A stretch of 64,000 bases of DNA, from contig JANMLN010000201.1 in the NCBI GenBank assembly GCA_031372565.1, forward strand, positions 1 to 64,000, in the 5' to 3' direction. Shown here one piece after another: positions 52,207 to 61,672 of the stretch; position 1 is the stretch's first letter; each line of letters opens with the position of its first letter. A model generated the notes under the pieces. It was not told where the DNA came from. It ran no database searches and saw only the letters and a list, made by a program, of their open reading frames with translations. A program made the translations under genes and the position numbers. The DNA is from Gemmatimonadota bacterium (GTDB lineage Bacteria > Gemmatimonadota > Gemmatimonadetes > Gemmatimonadales > Gemmatimonadaceae).

Positions 52207-53061
52207 CTAGTAGATGAACACCGGCGTCCCGACCTTGACGATCTGATACAGCGTCTCGATGTCTTCGTTCCGGACGCGGACACATCCATGGCTGGCGCTC
52301 GTACCGATCGAGGTCGGGACATCGGTGCCATGAATGCCGTACCCGTCGCCCATGTACAGGCGAAAGGCGCCGAGCACGCCGGTGTACTTGCGCTGGTTTG
52401 ACGTGAGCGGCGGGATCACCATCCGGCCATCGGCGATGATCTCGTGCCCCTCGCGCACCGCGTACGGCACGATGTCGCCGTTGGCGAGCCGCTTGACCAC
52501 ATCGTTCCCCACCATGGTCACGGCGCTGCCGTCACTCAGCCGCAGTTCCTGGCCCTTGTCGAGCCGCGCAATCCGCAGCTTCTTCTTCTTGGCCATCTCG
52601 ATGTAGTGCCAGTCGGGCGGCACCCAGGCCGGCTCGACTTCCCGCCGCTCGACCTTGAGGCGCCCGCGCGGCGTCTCGAACTTCCACTCCTTGCCCCCCG
52701 GCTTCTTGAGCGTCTTGCCGGTACCGGTGGCCACGCGCGTCGTGAACAGCACCGAGTCGCGCAGCTTGTACCAGAGCCGGTTCTCCGAGATCGACACGAC
52801 GATGTACGGCTGCGTGTCGGGAACCGCCTTCTCGCTCGCCGCCAGCGCCGCTCGGCTCGTGTCGCCATAGATCCCGGCCGAGCTTTCGGCGCGCTGGAGT
52901 GACGCGCGCGCCTCATCGAGCTGGTGACCAGCGGCCGCAGCATCGGACTGGTTCGCCCGGACCGCGTAGACGAGGAAGCCGAGCGCGGCGAGCGAGAGCC
53001 CGAGGCCGGCGGCGAGCGCACGATCGAGGCCCGACCAAGCGGACGAAGCGGAATCAGCCAT
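52207..53061 (-). CDS. L,D-transpeptidase (YkuD domain) with N-terminal TM anchor
   Basis: IVVSISENRL, VATG, TPRG, YGIHGT...SASHGCVRV. Confidence 0.92.
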   Translation of the reverse strand: MADSASSAWSGLDRALAAGLGLSLAALGFLVYAVRANQSDAAAAGHQLDEARASLQRAESSAGIYGDTSRAALAASEKAVPDTQPYIVVSISENRLWYKLRDSVLFTTRVATGTGKTLKKPGGKEWKFETPRGRLKVERREVEPAWVPPDWHYIEMAKKKKLRIARLDKGQELRLSDGSAVTMVGNDVVKRLANGDIVPYAVREGHEIIADGRMVIPPLTSNQRKYTGVLGAFRLYMGDGYGIHGTDVPTSIGTSASHGCVRVRNEDIETLYQIVKVGTPVFIY

Positions 53062-53744
53062 CAGAAGAGATATACCTTGACGCCCGGCTTCAGGTTCGGC
53101 AGCACCGCCTTGAGGTCGTCCGCCGACAGGCGGAGCGCGCCCGGCCAGACGTAGAGCGAATCGGCGAGCGGCCCGTCGGACGGCTGGGCGTAGATGAGCG
53201 TGCCATCCTCGAGAAACGCGGCGCCCAGCCCCAGCGCCCCCTTGAGCTTGCGGCTTGCCGGCGTGGCGATCCCGCGCTCGCGGTAGAGCCATTCCGGCAG
53301 CTCGAACGCTGCCCCCTTGGCCACCACCGACTTCACGGTGCGTACGCCGCGCGGCGTGGACAATCGCTGCGTGTCGGGTGCCGCGCCCACCACCGATTCG
53401 GGGCCGAATTCGACGCCGAGCGTGCGCAGCACCAGCCCGTCGCGCTCGAGCGTCGCGGCGCCTGAGTCGACATCGACGCTCAGGTGCAGGCCGCGATCTG
53501 CCGAGGCCTCGGCGCGCACGCGATCGAGGATGCTCTGGAGCCGTGCGCGCTGCGCCGCCATCTGCGCATCGGCGGTGGCATTGGCGGTGCCGAAGGCGTC
53601 GATGCGGCGCTGGTGCGCCTGGGTCTGCAGCGACCGGACGCGGACGGCGAGCCACACATCGGCAGCGACCACGAGGGTCAGGCCCGTGGCGAGGACCAGC
53701 GTCCGAAGCGGCAGCGCGCCCCATCGATTCGCGAGCCGACTCAC
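53061..53744 (-). CDS. Degenerate YkuD-like protein lacking catalytic His/Cys
   Basis: LSVDVDSG, TPRG, LPEWLY, KGALG, LIYA...PGALRLSADDL...PGVKVYLF parallels the adjacent LDT but has no HGC. Confidence 0.7.
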   Translation of the reverse strand: MSRLANRWGALPLRTLVLATGLTLVVAADVWLAVRVRSLQTQAHQRRIDAFGTANATADAQMAAQRARLQSILDRVRAEASADRGLHLSVDVDSGAATLERDGLVLRTLGVEFGPESVVGAAPDTQRLSTPRGVRTVKSVVAKGAAFELPEWLYRERGIATPASRKLKGALGLGAAFLEDGTLIYAQPSDGPLADSLYVWPGALRLSADDLKAVLPNLKPGVKVYLF

Positions 53745-54832
53745 TTGCGCGAGAGCTGCATGAGGTCCAGCACGGGGACGCCGGTCGGATCGCTGCGGCC
53801 CGTGCGTACGCGCGCCGTGATCAGGATCGTCGAGAGCGGCGGCAAGCCCTTGGCCTGCGCGACGAGCGACGGCGGCACCGCCAGATAGAGCAGCGCATTC
53901 TCGCGGTTCGGGCCGCGCGCGAGCAGGTACGGTTCGTCGGGAGTGAGATCCTTGCGGAGCGGATCGGCGACCTGATAGGCGATGACCTCCACTTCCCAGC
54001 GCACGACCTTGCCGCGTGATCCGGCCGGATCGGCGCGCAGGTCAGCGGCGGAGAGCGCGGTCCGCGCATTGCTGTCCGCCGGTGCCACATCGCCTTCACG
54101 GACCCATCCCTCGACGCGCACGCGCACCCAGCCCCGTTCGCGCGCGAGCGGCGTGAGCATGGCGTCCTTGGCCGCGGTGCCAAGCGTCACACCGCCGTCG
54201 GGGGCGGTGCGCAGCTCGGAGGGCCGCGTGGTCACCAGCGCGCCGTCGGGGAGCGGCGGGGCGGGCTCAGCGGATGCCGCCACGAGCGGTGCGACGGACG
54301 CCGACTGCTGCGCGGATGGGGCGGACGGTGGCGGCGCGCTCTGCTTGCTGGCCGCGAGAGCGGTCGACGTGGGGCCAGCCGCGGCTGTCTCGGCGAAGGC
54401 GTTGTTCGCCACCCAACCGCCGCGGCGCACCTTCACCCACTTGCCGGTGCGCAGGACGACCGCGAGCCCGGTGCCGCTCTTGAGGCGCGCAGTTTCACTG
54501 GAGGCGCCGTCGGCCGTGGCATGGAGCGTGGCGCCCGACGACGCCGCCACGTGCACCTGATAGCGCCCCTTCCGGCCACCCAACGCCGCCCCCTCGACGA
54601 ACCCTTCGACGACAACGCGGGTATGTCCGGCGCGCGCTTCCTGACGGGTCACGGCGGTGCCGCCCGCGAGCGTGGCCACGACGGGGCCCCCAGGGGAATC
54701 GCGCAGCGGGCTCTCGCGACCGATCGTGCGCGATTGCGCGCCCATCGGCAAGGCCGCGCACGCCAGAAGCGCGACGGCCTGCCGAATCGCTTGGAGGCCC
54801 CCTTGGGGGCGGCTAGCTTCCTGCAGTTGCAT
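53741..54832 (-). CDS. Exported protein with SH3-like repeats
   Basis: LRDSPGG...HTRVVVEGFV, WVKVRRGGWV, LRTAPDG...GWVRVRVEGWV. Confidence 0.65.
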   Translation of the reverse strand: MQLQEASRPQGGLQAIRQAVALLACAALPMGAQSRTIGRESPLRDSPGGPVVATLAGGTAVTRQEARAGHTRVVVEGFVEGAALGGRKGRYQVHVAASSGATLHATADGASSETARLKSGTGLAVVLRTGKWVKVRRGGWVANNAFAETAAAGPTSTALAASKQSAPPPSAPSAQQSASVAPLVAASAEPAPPLPDGALVTTRPSELRTAPDGGVTLGTAAKDAMLTPLARERGWVRVRVEGWVREGDVAPADSNARTALSAADLRADPAGSRGKVVRWEVEVIAYQVADPLRKDLTPDEPYLLARGPNRENALLYLAVPPSLVAQAKGLPPLSTILITARVRTGRSDPTGVPVLDLMQLSRK

Positions 54833-54872
54833 ATAGCGATGAACGTAAGCCTTCCCCCAGCACGGAACCAGA

Positions 54873-56423
54873 ATGGCTGCAGGTGATCGACGCCCGGTGG
54901 CGCTTGTGGTGCTCGACGGATGGGGCTATCGCCCCGAACGCGACGGCAACGCGATTGCCCTGGCCAACGTGCCGACGTGGGACCGCCTCTGGTCGCGCGC
55001 ACCGCGCACCTTGCTGGACGCGTCGGGTCTCGCGGTGGGACTCCCCGACGGGCAGATGGGCAACAGCGAGGTGGGTCACCTCAACCTCGGCGCCGGGCGC
55101 GTGGTGATGCAGGATCTCGTGCGCGTCCACGCCGCGATCGCCGACCGCACCTTCTTCGACAACGCGGCGCTCGTGGCCGCGTGCGACGCCGTCAAGCGCT
55201 CGGGCGGCACGCTGCACCTCTGCGGTCTGCTGGGTGACGGTGGCGTGCATGCCCACGACGCGCATGCGGTGGCGCTGGTCGAGTTGGCGCGCGCCCGCGG
55301 CGTGGAGCGCGTCGCCCTCCATCTCTTTCTCGATGGACGCGACACGCTGCCCCGCTCGGCGGCCGGCTTCCTGCAGGACTTCCTCGCGCGCGTGGCGGGT
55401 CGTGCGGTGCTTGCGAGTGTGAGCGGGCGCTACTACGCGATGGACCGCGACCAACGCTGGGCGCGCACCGAGCTTGCCTATCGCGCCATGGTCAGCGGCA
55501 CGGGCCCGACGGCACCGGATGCGCTTGCGGCCATCACCGCGGGCTACAACCAGAACGTCACCGACGAGTTCCAGCAGCCCGTCGCGATCACGCGCGACGG
55601 TGCTCCGGTTGCGCCGATCCGCGACGGCGACCAACTCGTGTGCTTCAACTATCGATCCGACCGGATGCGGCAGATCGTGCGCGCGCTCACGGAGCCGGGC
55701 TTCGACGGTTTCGACACGGGGACTCGTCCGCAGATCGGCGTGACGACGATGACGCAGTACGCCCAGACGTTCGGGCTGCCCGTAGTCTTTCCGCCGTTCT
55801 CCATGGCGCGCATCATGGCCGAAGTGCTGGCCGATGCGGGGAAGACGCAGTTTCGCACGGCTGAGACCGAGAAGTACCCGCACGTGACCTATTTTTTCAA
55901 CGGCGGCGAAGAGCAGCCGTATCGCGGCGAGGAACGGCAACTCGTGGCGAGCCAGAAGGTGGCCACCTACGATCTCGCGCCCGAGATGAGCGCGGCGGGC
56001 GTGACCGACAAACTCTGCGGCGCCCTTGAAGGGCGGCATCACGATTTCATTCTCTGCAATTACGCCAATGGCGACATGGTCGGACACTCCGGCAATCTGG
56101 CCGCGACGATCAAGGCGGTGGAGACGGTGGACGCGTGCCTGGCCCGCATCATCGCCAGCGCCGAGCGCTCAGGCGCGCGCCTGCTGATCACGGCGGATCA
56201 CGGCAACTGCGAGATGATGATCGATCCGGTCACGGGTGGCCCGCATACCGCGCACACCACCAACAAGGTGCCGTTCCTGCTGATTGACCCCGATGGCAAT
56301 CGGCCGCTCCGCTCCGGCGGTGCGCTGTGTGACGTGGGCCCGACCGTGCTCAGCCTGCTCGGCCTCGAGCAACCGGCCGAGATGACCGGAACTTCCTTGC
56401 GCCTCCCGGAGGCGACTGCCTGA
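54873..56423 (+). CDS. gpmI: 2,3-bisphosphoglycerate-independent phosphoglycerate mutase
   Basis: LDGWG, GQMGNSEVGHLNLGAGR, GRYYAMDRD, ETEKYPHVTYFFNGG, DMVGH, TADHGN, HT. Confidence 0.98.
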   Translation: MAAGDRRPVALVVLDGWGYRPERDGNAIALANVPTWDRLWSRAPRTLLDASGLAVGLPDGQMGNSEVGHLNLGAGRVVMQDLVRVHAAIADRTFFDNAALVAACDAVKRSGGTLHLCGLLGDGGVHAHDAHAVALVELARARGVERVALHLFLDGRDTLPRSAAGFLQDFLARVAGRAVLASVSGRYYAMDRDQRWARTELAYRAMVSGTGPTAPDALAAITAGYNQNVTDEFQQPVAITRDGAPVAPIRDGDQLVCFNYRSDRMRQIVRALTEPGFDGFDTGTRPQIGVTTMTQYAQTFGLPVVFPPFSMARIMAEVLADAGKTQFRTAETEKYPHVTYFFNGGEEQPYRGEERQLVASQKVATYDLAPEMSAAGVTDKLCGALEGRHHDFILCNYANGDMVGHSGNLAATIKAVETVDACLARIIASAERSGARLLITADHGNCEMMIDPVTGGPHTAHTTNKVPFLLIDPDGNRPLRSGGALCDVGPTVLSLLGLEQPAEMTGTSLRLPEATA

Positions 56424-57124
56424 TGTCTTGCCGCTTTGTCCTCGTTCGTGCGTTCGCGTGTCTCGCGCTCGCCGCGCCCCCATCGGCTGCGCAGCTCGGC
56501 ACCCTGCCCGAGCAGAGCCCATTCCGCGACGTGGAGTACACGCACGAGTGGACCTTCTTCTCCGGGTATCTCTCCAACCGGTCGGATCCTGCGGGGGTCG
56601 CGCCCGGTGGCGGCCCGATGGTCGGGATCCGGTACGACTACCACTTCTCGGGGCCGCTGTTCGGCTACGTCCGGTTGACGGAGGTTGCCAGTCGACGCCT
56701 CGCGCTCAATCCCGGCAAGCCGGTCGCGACTCGACGCGTGGGTGACTTCAGCTGGCCGATGACCTTCTTCGATATCGGCCTCGAGACGAGCCTCACGGGA
56801 CGGAAATCATGGCATGGCATCATGCCGGTCGTGTCCGTCGGTGGCGGCCTCTATTCGGACCTGATCTCGGGCGCCGATGCGGGCGGCTTCGAGATTGGCA
56901 CCGGGCTGATGCTCAGCTTTGGCGGCGGCGTCCGCTTTGCGCCGGCGCGTCGGTGGCAGCTGCGAGCGGAGGTGTACAACTACTTGTATGGAATCGACTA
57001 CCCGGGGAGCTACGAGAACGCACCGACGGGCGGGTCCACGGCGATCCTGCCGTCCGGTGCGAAGGGCGGACTCCGGAGCAACTGGTCGATCCAGATCGGC
57101 GCGTCGTACACGTTCCTGCGATGA
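56423..57124 (+). CDS. Putative outer-membrane beta-barrel protein
   Basis: Signal peptide, alternating beta-strands, GGGVRF, C-terminal IGASYTF. Confidence 0.65.
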   Translation: MSCRFVLVRAFACLALAAPPSAAQLGTLPEQSPFRDVEYTHEWTFFSGYLSNRSDPAGVAPGGGPMVGIRYDYHFSGPLFGYVRLTEVASRRLALNPGKPVATRRVGDFSWPMTFFDIGLETSLTGRKSWHGIMPVVSVGGGLYSDLISGADAGGFEIGTGLMLSFGGGVRFAPARRWQLRAEVYNYLYGIDYPGSYENAPTGGSTAILPSGAKGGLRSNWSIQIGASYTFLR

Positions 57125-57546
57125 CCATGCGCGTCACGCTGACGCGCCGCGTCACTTTCAGCGCCGCGCATCGCTATCGACGGCCGGACTGGAGCGAGGA
57201 GCGCAACCGCTCCACCTTCGGCGCCTGTGCGAACCCGCACTCGCACGGCCACTCCTACAAGTGCGACGTGACCGTGAGCGGCGCGGTCGACGCCGAGACG
57301 GGATTCGTGACCGACCTGGCACTCCTCGATCGCGCGCTCGCCTCCGAAGTGCGCGAGCGGTTCGATCACCGCAACATCAATGACGAGGTGCCCGAGTTCG
57401 CCGATGGGCGCCTGATCCCGACGGGCGAGAACCTCGCGCGCTTCATCCTCGAGCGAGTGCAGGCGGTGCTGGGCACCGCGTCGCGCGTCACCTCGGTGAC
57501 CGTCGCCGAAGACGACACGCTCTGGTCGACCTGTCACGCCGAGTGA
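57121..57546 (+). CDS. queD: 6-pyruvoyl/6-carboxy-tetrahydropterin synthase family protein
   Basis: FSAAH, CANPHSHGHSY, TGFVTD, FDHRNIN, PTGENLA. Confidence 0.85.
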   Translation: MTMRVTLTRRVTFSAAHRYRRPDWSEERNRSTFGACANPHSHGHSYKCDVTVSGAVDAETGFVTDLALLDRALASEVRERFDHRNINDEVPEFADGRLIPTGENLARFILERVQAVLGTASRVTSVTVAEDDTLWSTCHAE

Positions 57547-57558
57547 TCGGTGCGCGCC

Positions 57559-58176
57559 ATGACGCCGAGCATCGGAGCGATCCTGGCTGGCGGCGCGGGG
57601 ACGCGCATGGGCGGGATGGCGAAGGGGCTCCTCGAGGTGCGCGACCGGCGTACGGTGGAGTGGGTCGCCGACGCGGTGGCTCCGCTCGTCGACGAGTTGG
57701 TGCTCGTGGGAGGATCGAAGGTGCTCGCGACCGGACTGGGGGCGCGCGGGATCGATGACCTTCGTCCCGGGCTGGGCGCGATCGGTGGCATGCACGCGGC
57801 ATTCGAACTGGCCGGCGATCGCGGCTGCTTCGTCGTGGCGTGGGATCTGCCGTTCGTGACCACCGCACTGCTGTGGGCGCTGCACGCTCAGGCCATGGCC
57901 GAGGACGCTGACGCGGGCCTCTGTGTGCGCGCCGGATCGCGCTGGGGGGTGGAGCCGCTGTGCGGATGGTACGATGCCGCCCGCTGCCGGAGTGCCCTCG
58001 ATCGGGCCCTCGCCGCGGGAGACACGCGCGCGGGCGGCTGGTTGTCCGAGGTGCGCGTCGCGCGGCTCGGCGTCGCGGCTCAGGCGGCGTACGGCGACCC
58101 GGCCTTCCTCCTGCACGACCTCGATACCCCCGAGGACTACGAGGCGGCCCGTGCGGCCGCGCGGGAGATGACGTGA
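57559..58176 (+). CDS. mobA: Molybdenum cofactor guanylyltransferase
   Basis: ILAGGAGTRMGG..K, GAIGGMHAA, AWDLPF, EPLCGWY, DTPEDY. Confidence 0.85.
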   Translation: MTPSIGAILAGGAGTRMGGMAKGLLEVRDRRTVEWVADAVAPLVDELVLVGGSKVLATGLGARGIDDLRPGLGAIGGMHAAFELAGDRGCFVVAWDLPFVTTALLWALHAQAMAEDADAGLCVRAGSRWGVEPLCGWYDAARCRSALDRALAAGDTRAGGWLSEVRVARLGVAAQAAYGDPAFLLHDLDTPEDYEAARAAAREMT

Positions 58177-59717
58177 GCAGGCGCGAGTCACGCATGTGGC
58201 GCTGGGCCGCTCTTGTCACGACGTGCCTGGTGGTCGGCACGGGCGCCCACGCGCAGGCGCCTGCAGCTCCAAGCAGTGCCGCGAACAGCGCCGGCGGCGT
58301 CGCAGCCGCTCCGCCATGGACCGCACTGCGTGCCGGCATCGACTCGTTGCTCAACGACCCGGCGTTTGCCAATGCGCACTGGGGCGTGCTCATTGTCGAT
58401 CCCCTGCGCGGCGACACCCTGTATGCGCGCAATGCGGGCAAGCTGTTCATGCCGGCGTCCAACCAGAAGATCCTCACCGGCGCCGTCGCACTCGCCAAGC
58501 TCGGCGCGGAGTATCGCTGGACAACCGTCCTTGCCGCCCGCGGCCGGGTGCGCGCCGGGACCCTCTCCGGTGATCTGCTGGTGTTCGGCTCCGGCGACCC
58601 GAGCATGAGCGATGCGGTACGCGGTGACGTGCGCGCCGCCTTCGACTCACTGGCCGACGCCGTACGCGCCGCGGGGGTAGAGCGCATCACCGGGCGCCTC
58701 GTACACGCCGGGGATGCGCTTCCGGGCGACACGTACGGGTACGGGTGGGCGCATGACGACTTCGACGAACCGTACAGTGCGCCGGTCGACGAACTGTTCG
58801 TGAACGAAGGGATCGCGCGGGTGATCGTGCGTGCCGCCGCGCGCGCGGGACGCGCGGCCACGGTCGACGTGCTCCCCGCGATGGGCGTCGTCCCCGTACG
58901 CGTGCAGGTGCGGTCGACCGCCGCTCCCGTCGCGCCGTCCGAACGGCCCACGATCAGCTTCGACGACGGCGCGTACGTCGTGCGCGGGCAGCTGAGCGTC
59001 CGCGACAGTGCGGTGTTCACCGTTGCCATTCGCGATCCGGCGCGTGCGTGGTTGGCCGCGTTGCGCGCGGCGCTCGTGCGGCGTGGCGTGCGGGTGAGCG
59101 CGCAGTTCGCGCGCGACACGGCACGCGACGCCGCGCGCGACACCCTGGTGCGGTGGTCGTCGCCGCCACTGTCGCAGCTCCTCGGCGCGCTCGAGAAGCC
59201 CTCGCAGAACCAGCTTGCGGAGCTCTTCTTCCGCACGCTCGGGGGCGCCTTCGACTCGGCCGCGACCGCGCGGGCCGGGCGCCGCGTGGTCACGACGCAG
59301 TTGGCGCAGTGGGGGGTCGACACCACGCATGTGGCGGTGCGCGATGGCAGTGGCCTGTCGCGCCACGATTACCTCGCCCCGGACGCCGTCGTGCGCGTGC
59401 TCGACGTGATGGGCCGGAGTGCCGACAGCGCGTTGTTCCGCGCATCGCTGCCCGTGGCCGGTGTGGACGGCACCTTGATCAACCGCCTGCGCGGGACCAC
59501 GGCGCAGGGCCGCGTGCAGGCCAAGACGGGGACGCTCGACAAGGCGCGTTCGCTCTCGGGCTACGTGACCACGGCAGGGGGCGCCACGCTGCTGTTCAGT
59601 CTGCTGGCGAACAACTGGACCACATCCGTGCGCGCGGTCGAGCGGGTGCAAGACGCCATCGTGCTGCGGCTCGCGGTGCTTCCGCTCACTGTTCCGGTCG
59701 ATGCTGACCGCCGCTGA
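58173..59717 (+). CDS. dacB: D-Ala-D-Ala carboxypeptidase/endopeptidase (PBP4, peptidase S13)
   Basis: PASNQK (SxxK), GSGDP, SQN (SxN), DGSGLSR, KTGT. Confidence 0.93.
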   Translation: MSRRESRMWRWAALVTTCLVVGTGAHAQAPAAPSSAANSAGGVAAAPPWTALRAGIDSLLNDPAFANAHWGVLIVDPLRGDTLYARNAGKLFMPASNQKILTGAVALAKLGAEYRWTTVLAARGRVRAGTLSGDLLVFGSGDPSMSDAVRGDVRAAFDSLADAVRAAGVERITGRLVHAGDALPGDTYGYGWAHDDFDEPYSAPVDELFVNEGIARVIVRAAARAGRAATVDVLPAMGVVPVRVQVRSTAAPVAPSERPTISFDDGAYVVRGQLSVRDSAVFTVAIRDPARAWLAALRAALVRRGVRVSAQFARDTARDAARDTLVRWSSPPLSQLLGALEKPSQNQLAELFFRTLGGAFDSAATARAGRRVVTTQLAQWGVDTTHVAVRDGSGLSRHDYLAPDAVVRVLDVMGRSADSALFRASLPVAGVDGTLINRLRGTTAQGRVQAKTGTLDKARSLSGYVTTAGGATLLFSLLANNWTTSVRAVERVQDAIVLRLAVLPLTVPVDADRR

Positions 59718-60954
59718 AGCGAGCGCGCAGCTCGTGGCACAGGTCCGGCCCTCACCGGTCGTGGCGCTGCCGCTGACGGACGCGCACGCGCTTGTGCTCG
59801 CCGAACCCGCGTTCGCCACCGTGACGCTGCCGCCATGGCCGAACGCCGCCATGGATGGCTACGCCGTGCATGCGCGTGACGTCGAAGGCGCACGTGCGCA
59901 GGCGCCCGTGACGCTCACGGTGAGCGAGACGATTGCGGCCGGCGCCTTCCCGACGCGCGCGATCGTGCGCGGCGAAGCGGCGCGCATCATGACGGGCGCA
60001 CCGATCCCGGCCGGCGCCGACACGGTCGTCCGGGTTGAAGACACGGATGGCGGCGTCGACCTCGTGGTCGTGCGCGATGCGCGTGACAGTGGCCGCAACG
60101 TGCGGGCCGCCGGCGAGGACGTCCACGCCGAGGAGGAGCTGCTGATCGCCGGTCGCTGGCTGGGCGGCGCGCAGCTCGGGTTGCTGGCGGCTGCGGGAGT
60201 GCCCGCGGTACGCGTGCATCGGCGCCCGCGTGTGGCCATCCTCAGCTCGGGCGACGAGCTCGTGCCGTTGTCGCAGGTCGAGGAAGCGCGCGCCGGGCGC
60301 AAGCTCATCTCGTCGAACTCCGTCGCGTTGTGCGCGCTCGTGCGTGAGGCCGGGGCCGAGGCGCTCGACTTCGGCATTGTCGCCGACGACCCCGTCGCGC
60401 TGGCCGAGCGGTTGCGCGCTGCGAGCGCGGAGGCCGATCTCATCCTGACGACGGCCGGCGTATCGGTCGGTGCGTTCGACTTCACCCGCGACGCGGTGCG
60501 CGCGGCGGGGGGGGTGATCGACTTCTGGAAGGTGCGCCTGCGTCCGGGCGCGATGCTCGGTGCAGGACGCGTGGGTCACGTGCCGTGGCTCGGATTGCCC
60601 GGGAATCCGGTGTCGGCCGTGGTGACGTTCGAGTTGTTCGCCCGCCCCATGCTGCGGCGCATGCTCGGACATGCCGCCTGCTATCCGCAGGCCGTCGAGT
60701 GCGAGCTCGCTGCGCCCGTGCGCACGGCGGGCGGCACGACCTACCTGCTGCGCGTGATGCTGACGCCGCGCGCAGGTCGTCGCCCGCTCGCGACCCTCGC
60801 CGGCGCTCAGGGGTCGCATGTGCTGTCCGCGCTCGCGCGAGGGAACGCGCTGTTGGTGGTACCTCCCGCTGCTGCCCAGGCAGCGGCCGGCACGTTGCTG
60901 CACGCCATTCCACTCGGCGAGTCCCTGACCTTCGGTACGGAGTTCCCATTCTGA
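59701..60954 (+). CDS. moeA: Molybdopterin molybdotransferase
   Basis: AMDGYAV, IMTGAPIPAGADTVV..ED, SSGDEL, GVSVG..D, LPGNPVSA. Confidence 0.96.
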   Translation: MLTAAEASAQLVAQVRPSPVVALPLTDAHALVLAEPAFATVTLPPWPNAAMDGYAVHARDVEGARAQAPVTLTVSETIAAGAFPTRAIVRGEAARIMTGAPIPAGADTVVRVEDTDGGVDLVVVRDARDSGRNVRAAGEDVHAEEELLIAGRWLGGAQLGLLAAAGVPAVRVHRRPRVAILSSGDELVPLSQVEEARAGRKLISSNSVALCALVREAGAEALDFGIVADDPVALAERLRAASAEADLILTTAGVSVGAFDFTRDAVRAAGGVIDFWKVRLRPGAMLGAGRVGHVPWLGLPGNPVSAVVTFELFARPMLRRMLGHAACYPQAVECELAAPVRTAGGTTYLLRVMLTPRAGRRPLATLAGAQGSHVLSALARGNALLVVPPAAAQAAAGTLLHAIPLGESLTFGTEFPF

Positions 60955-61664
60955 CGCACGCTGGCGCCGAGCTGTTGGCCCTCGAAAGCGAGCTTGAACG
61001 CCGGCATCGCACCTGCGAGTCCGACGTCGACCTGGGGACGCGCCACGTGACGATCGTCCATCCGGCGAGCGCCGACGAGTTGATCAGCGAGGTCGATTTC
61101 GGGCTCGATGGGCGGCTTCCGTACTGGGCCGACCTGTGGCCGTCGGCGCGCGTGCTCGCGCGCCATGTCGCAACGCTCGGTGCCGACGGGCGCGCGCTGC
61201 TCGAACTCGGGTGTGGATCCGGGTTGGTGGCAACAGCGGCTGCCTGCGCCGGCTTCACGGTCACCGCCACCGACTACTACCTGGACGCGTGCGCCTTCGC
61301 TCGGCTCAACGCGTGGCGCGCCACGGGCGAGGTCATTCGCACGCGCCTGCTCGATTGGCGCTACCTCCCCGACGACCTTGGCACGTGGGACGTGATTGCC
61401 GCGAGCGACGTGCTCTACGAGCTTCCGTATGCGACGCTGGTCGCCGACCTGCTCGCGCGCGCGCTGGCGCCGCACGGCGTGGCCTACCTCGCAGACCCGG
61501 GGCGCGTCGCGTTGGACCAGTTTCTGACAGCCTGCCGATCGCGCGGCCTCGAGCCGGGCGAGCCAGACGCGGTGCCCTACGACTTCGACGGACAGCGCCA
61601 GACGATCCGGATCTTCGCGATTCGCCGCGCGGACGCGTTGACCGGCCCCCCTCGGGAGGCGTAG
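60951..61664 (+). CDS. SAM-dependent methyltransferase (protein-lysine methyltransferase-like family); start uncertain (CTG 60951 or TTG 60975)
   Basis: PYWADLWPSARVLA, LELGCGSG, ATDY, LDW, ASDVLYE, ADPGR. Confidence 0.83.
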   Translation: MTHAGAELLALESELERRHRTCESDVDLGTRHVTIVHPASADELISEVDFGLDGRLPYWADLWPSARVLARHVATLGADGRALLELGCGSGLVATAAACAGFTVTATDYYLDACAFARLNAWRATGEVIRTRLLDWRYLPDDLGTWDVIAASDVLYELPYATLVADLLARALAPHGVAYLADPGRVALDQFLTACRSRGLEPGEPDAVPYDFDGQRQTIRIFAIRRADALTGPPREA

Positions 61665-61672
61665 CGTTCGAC

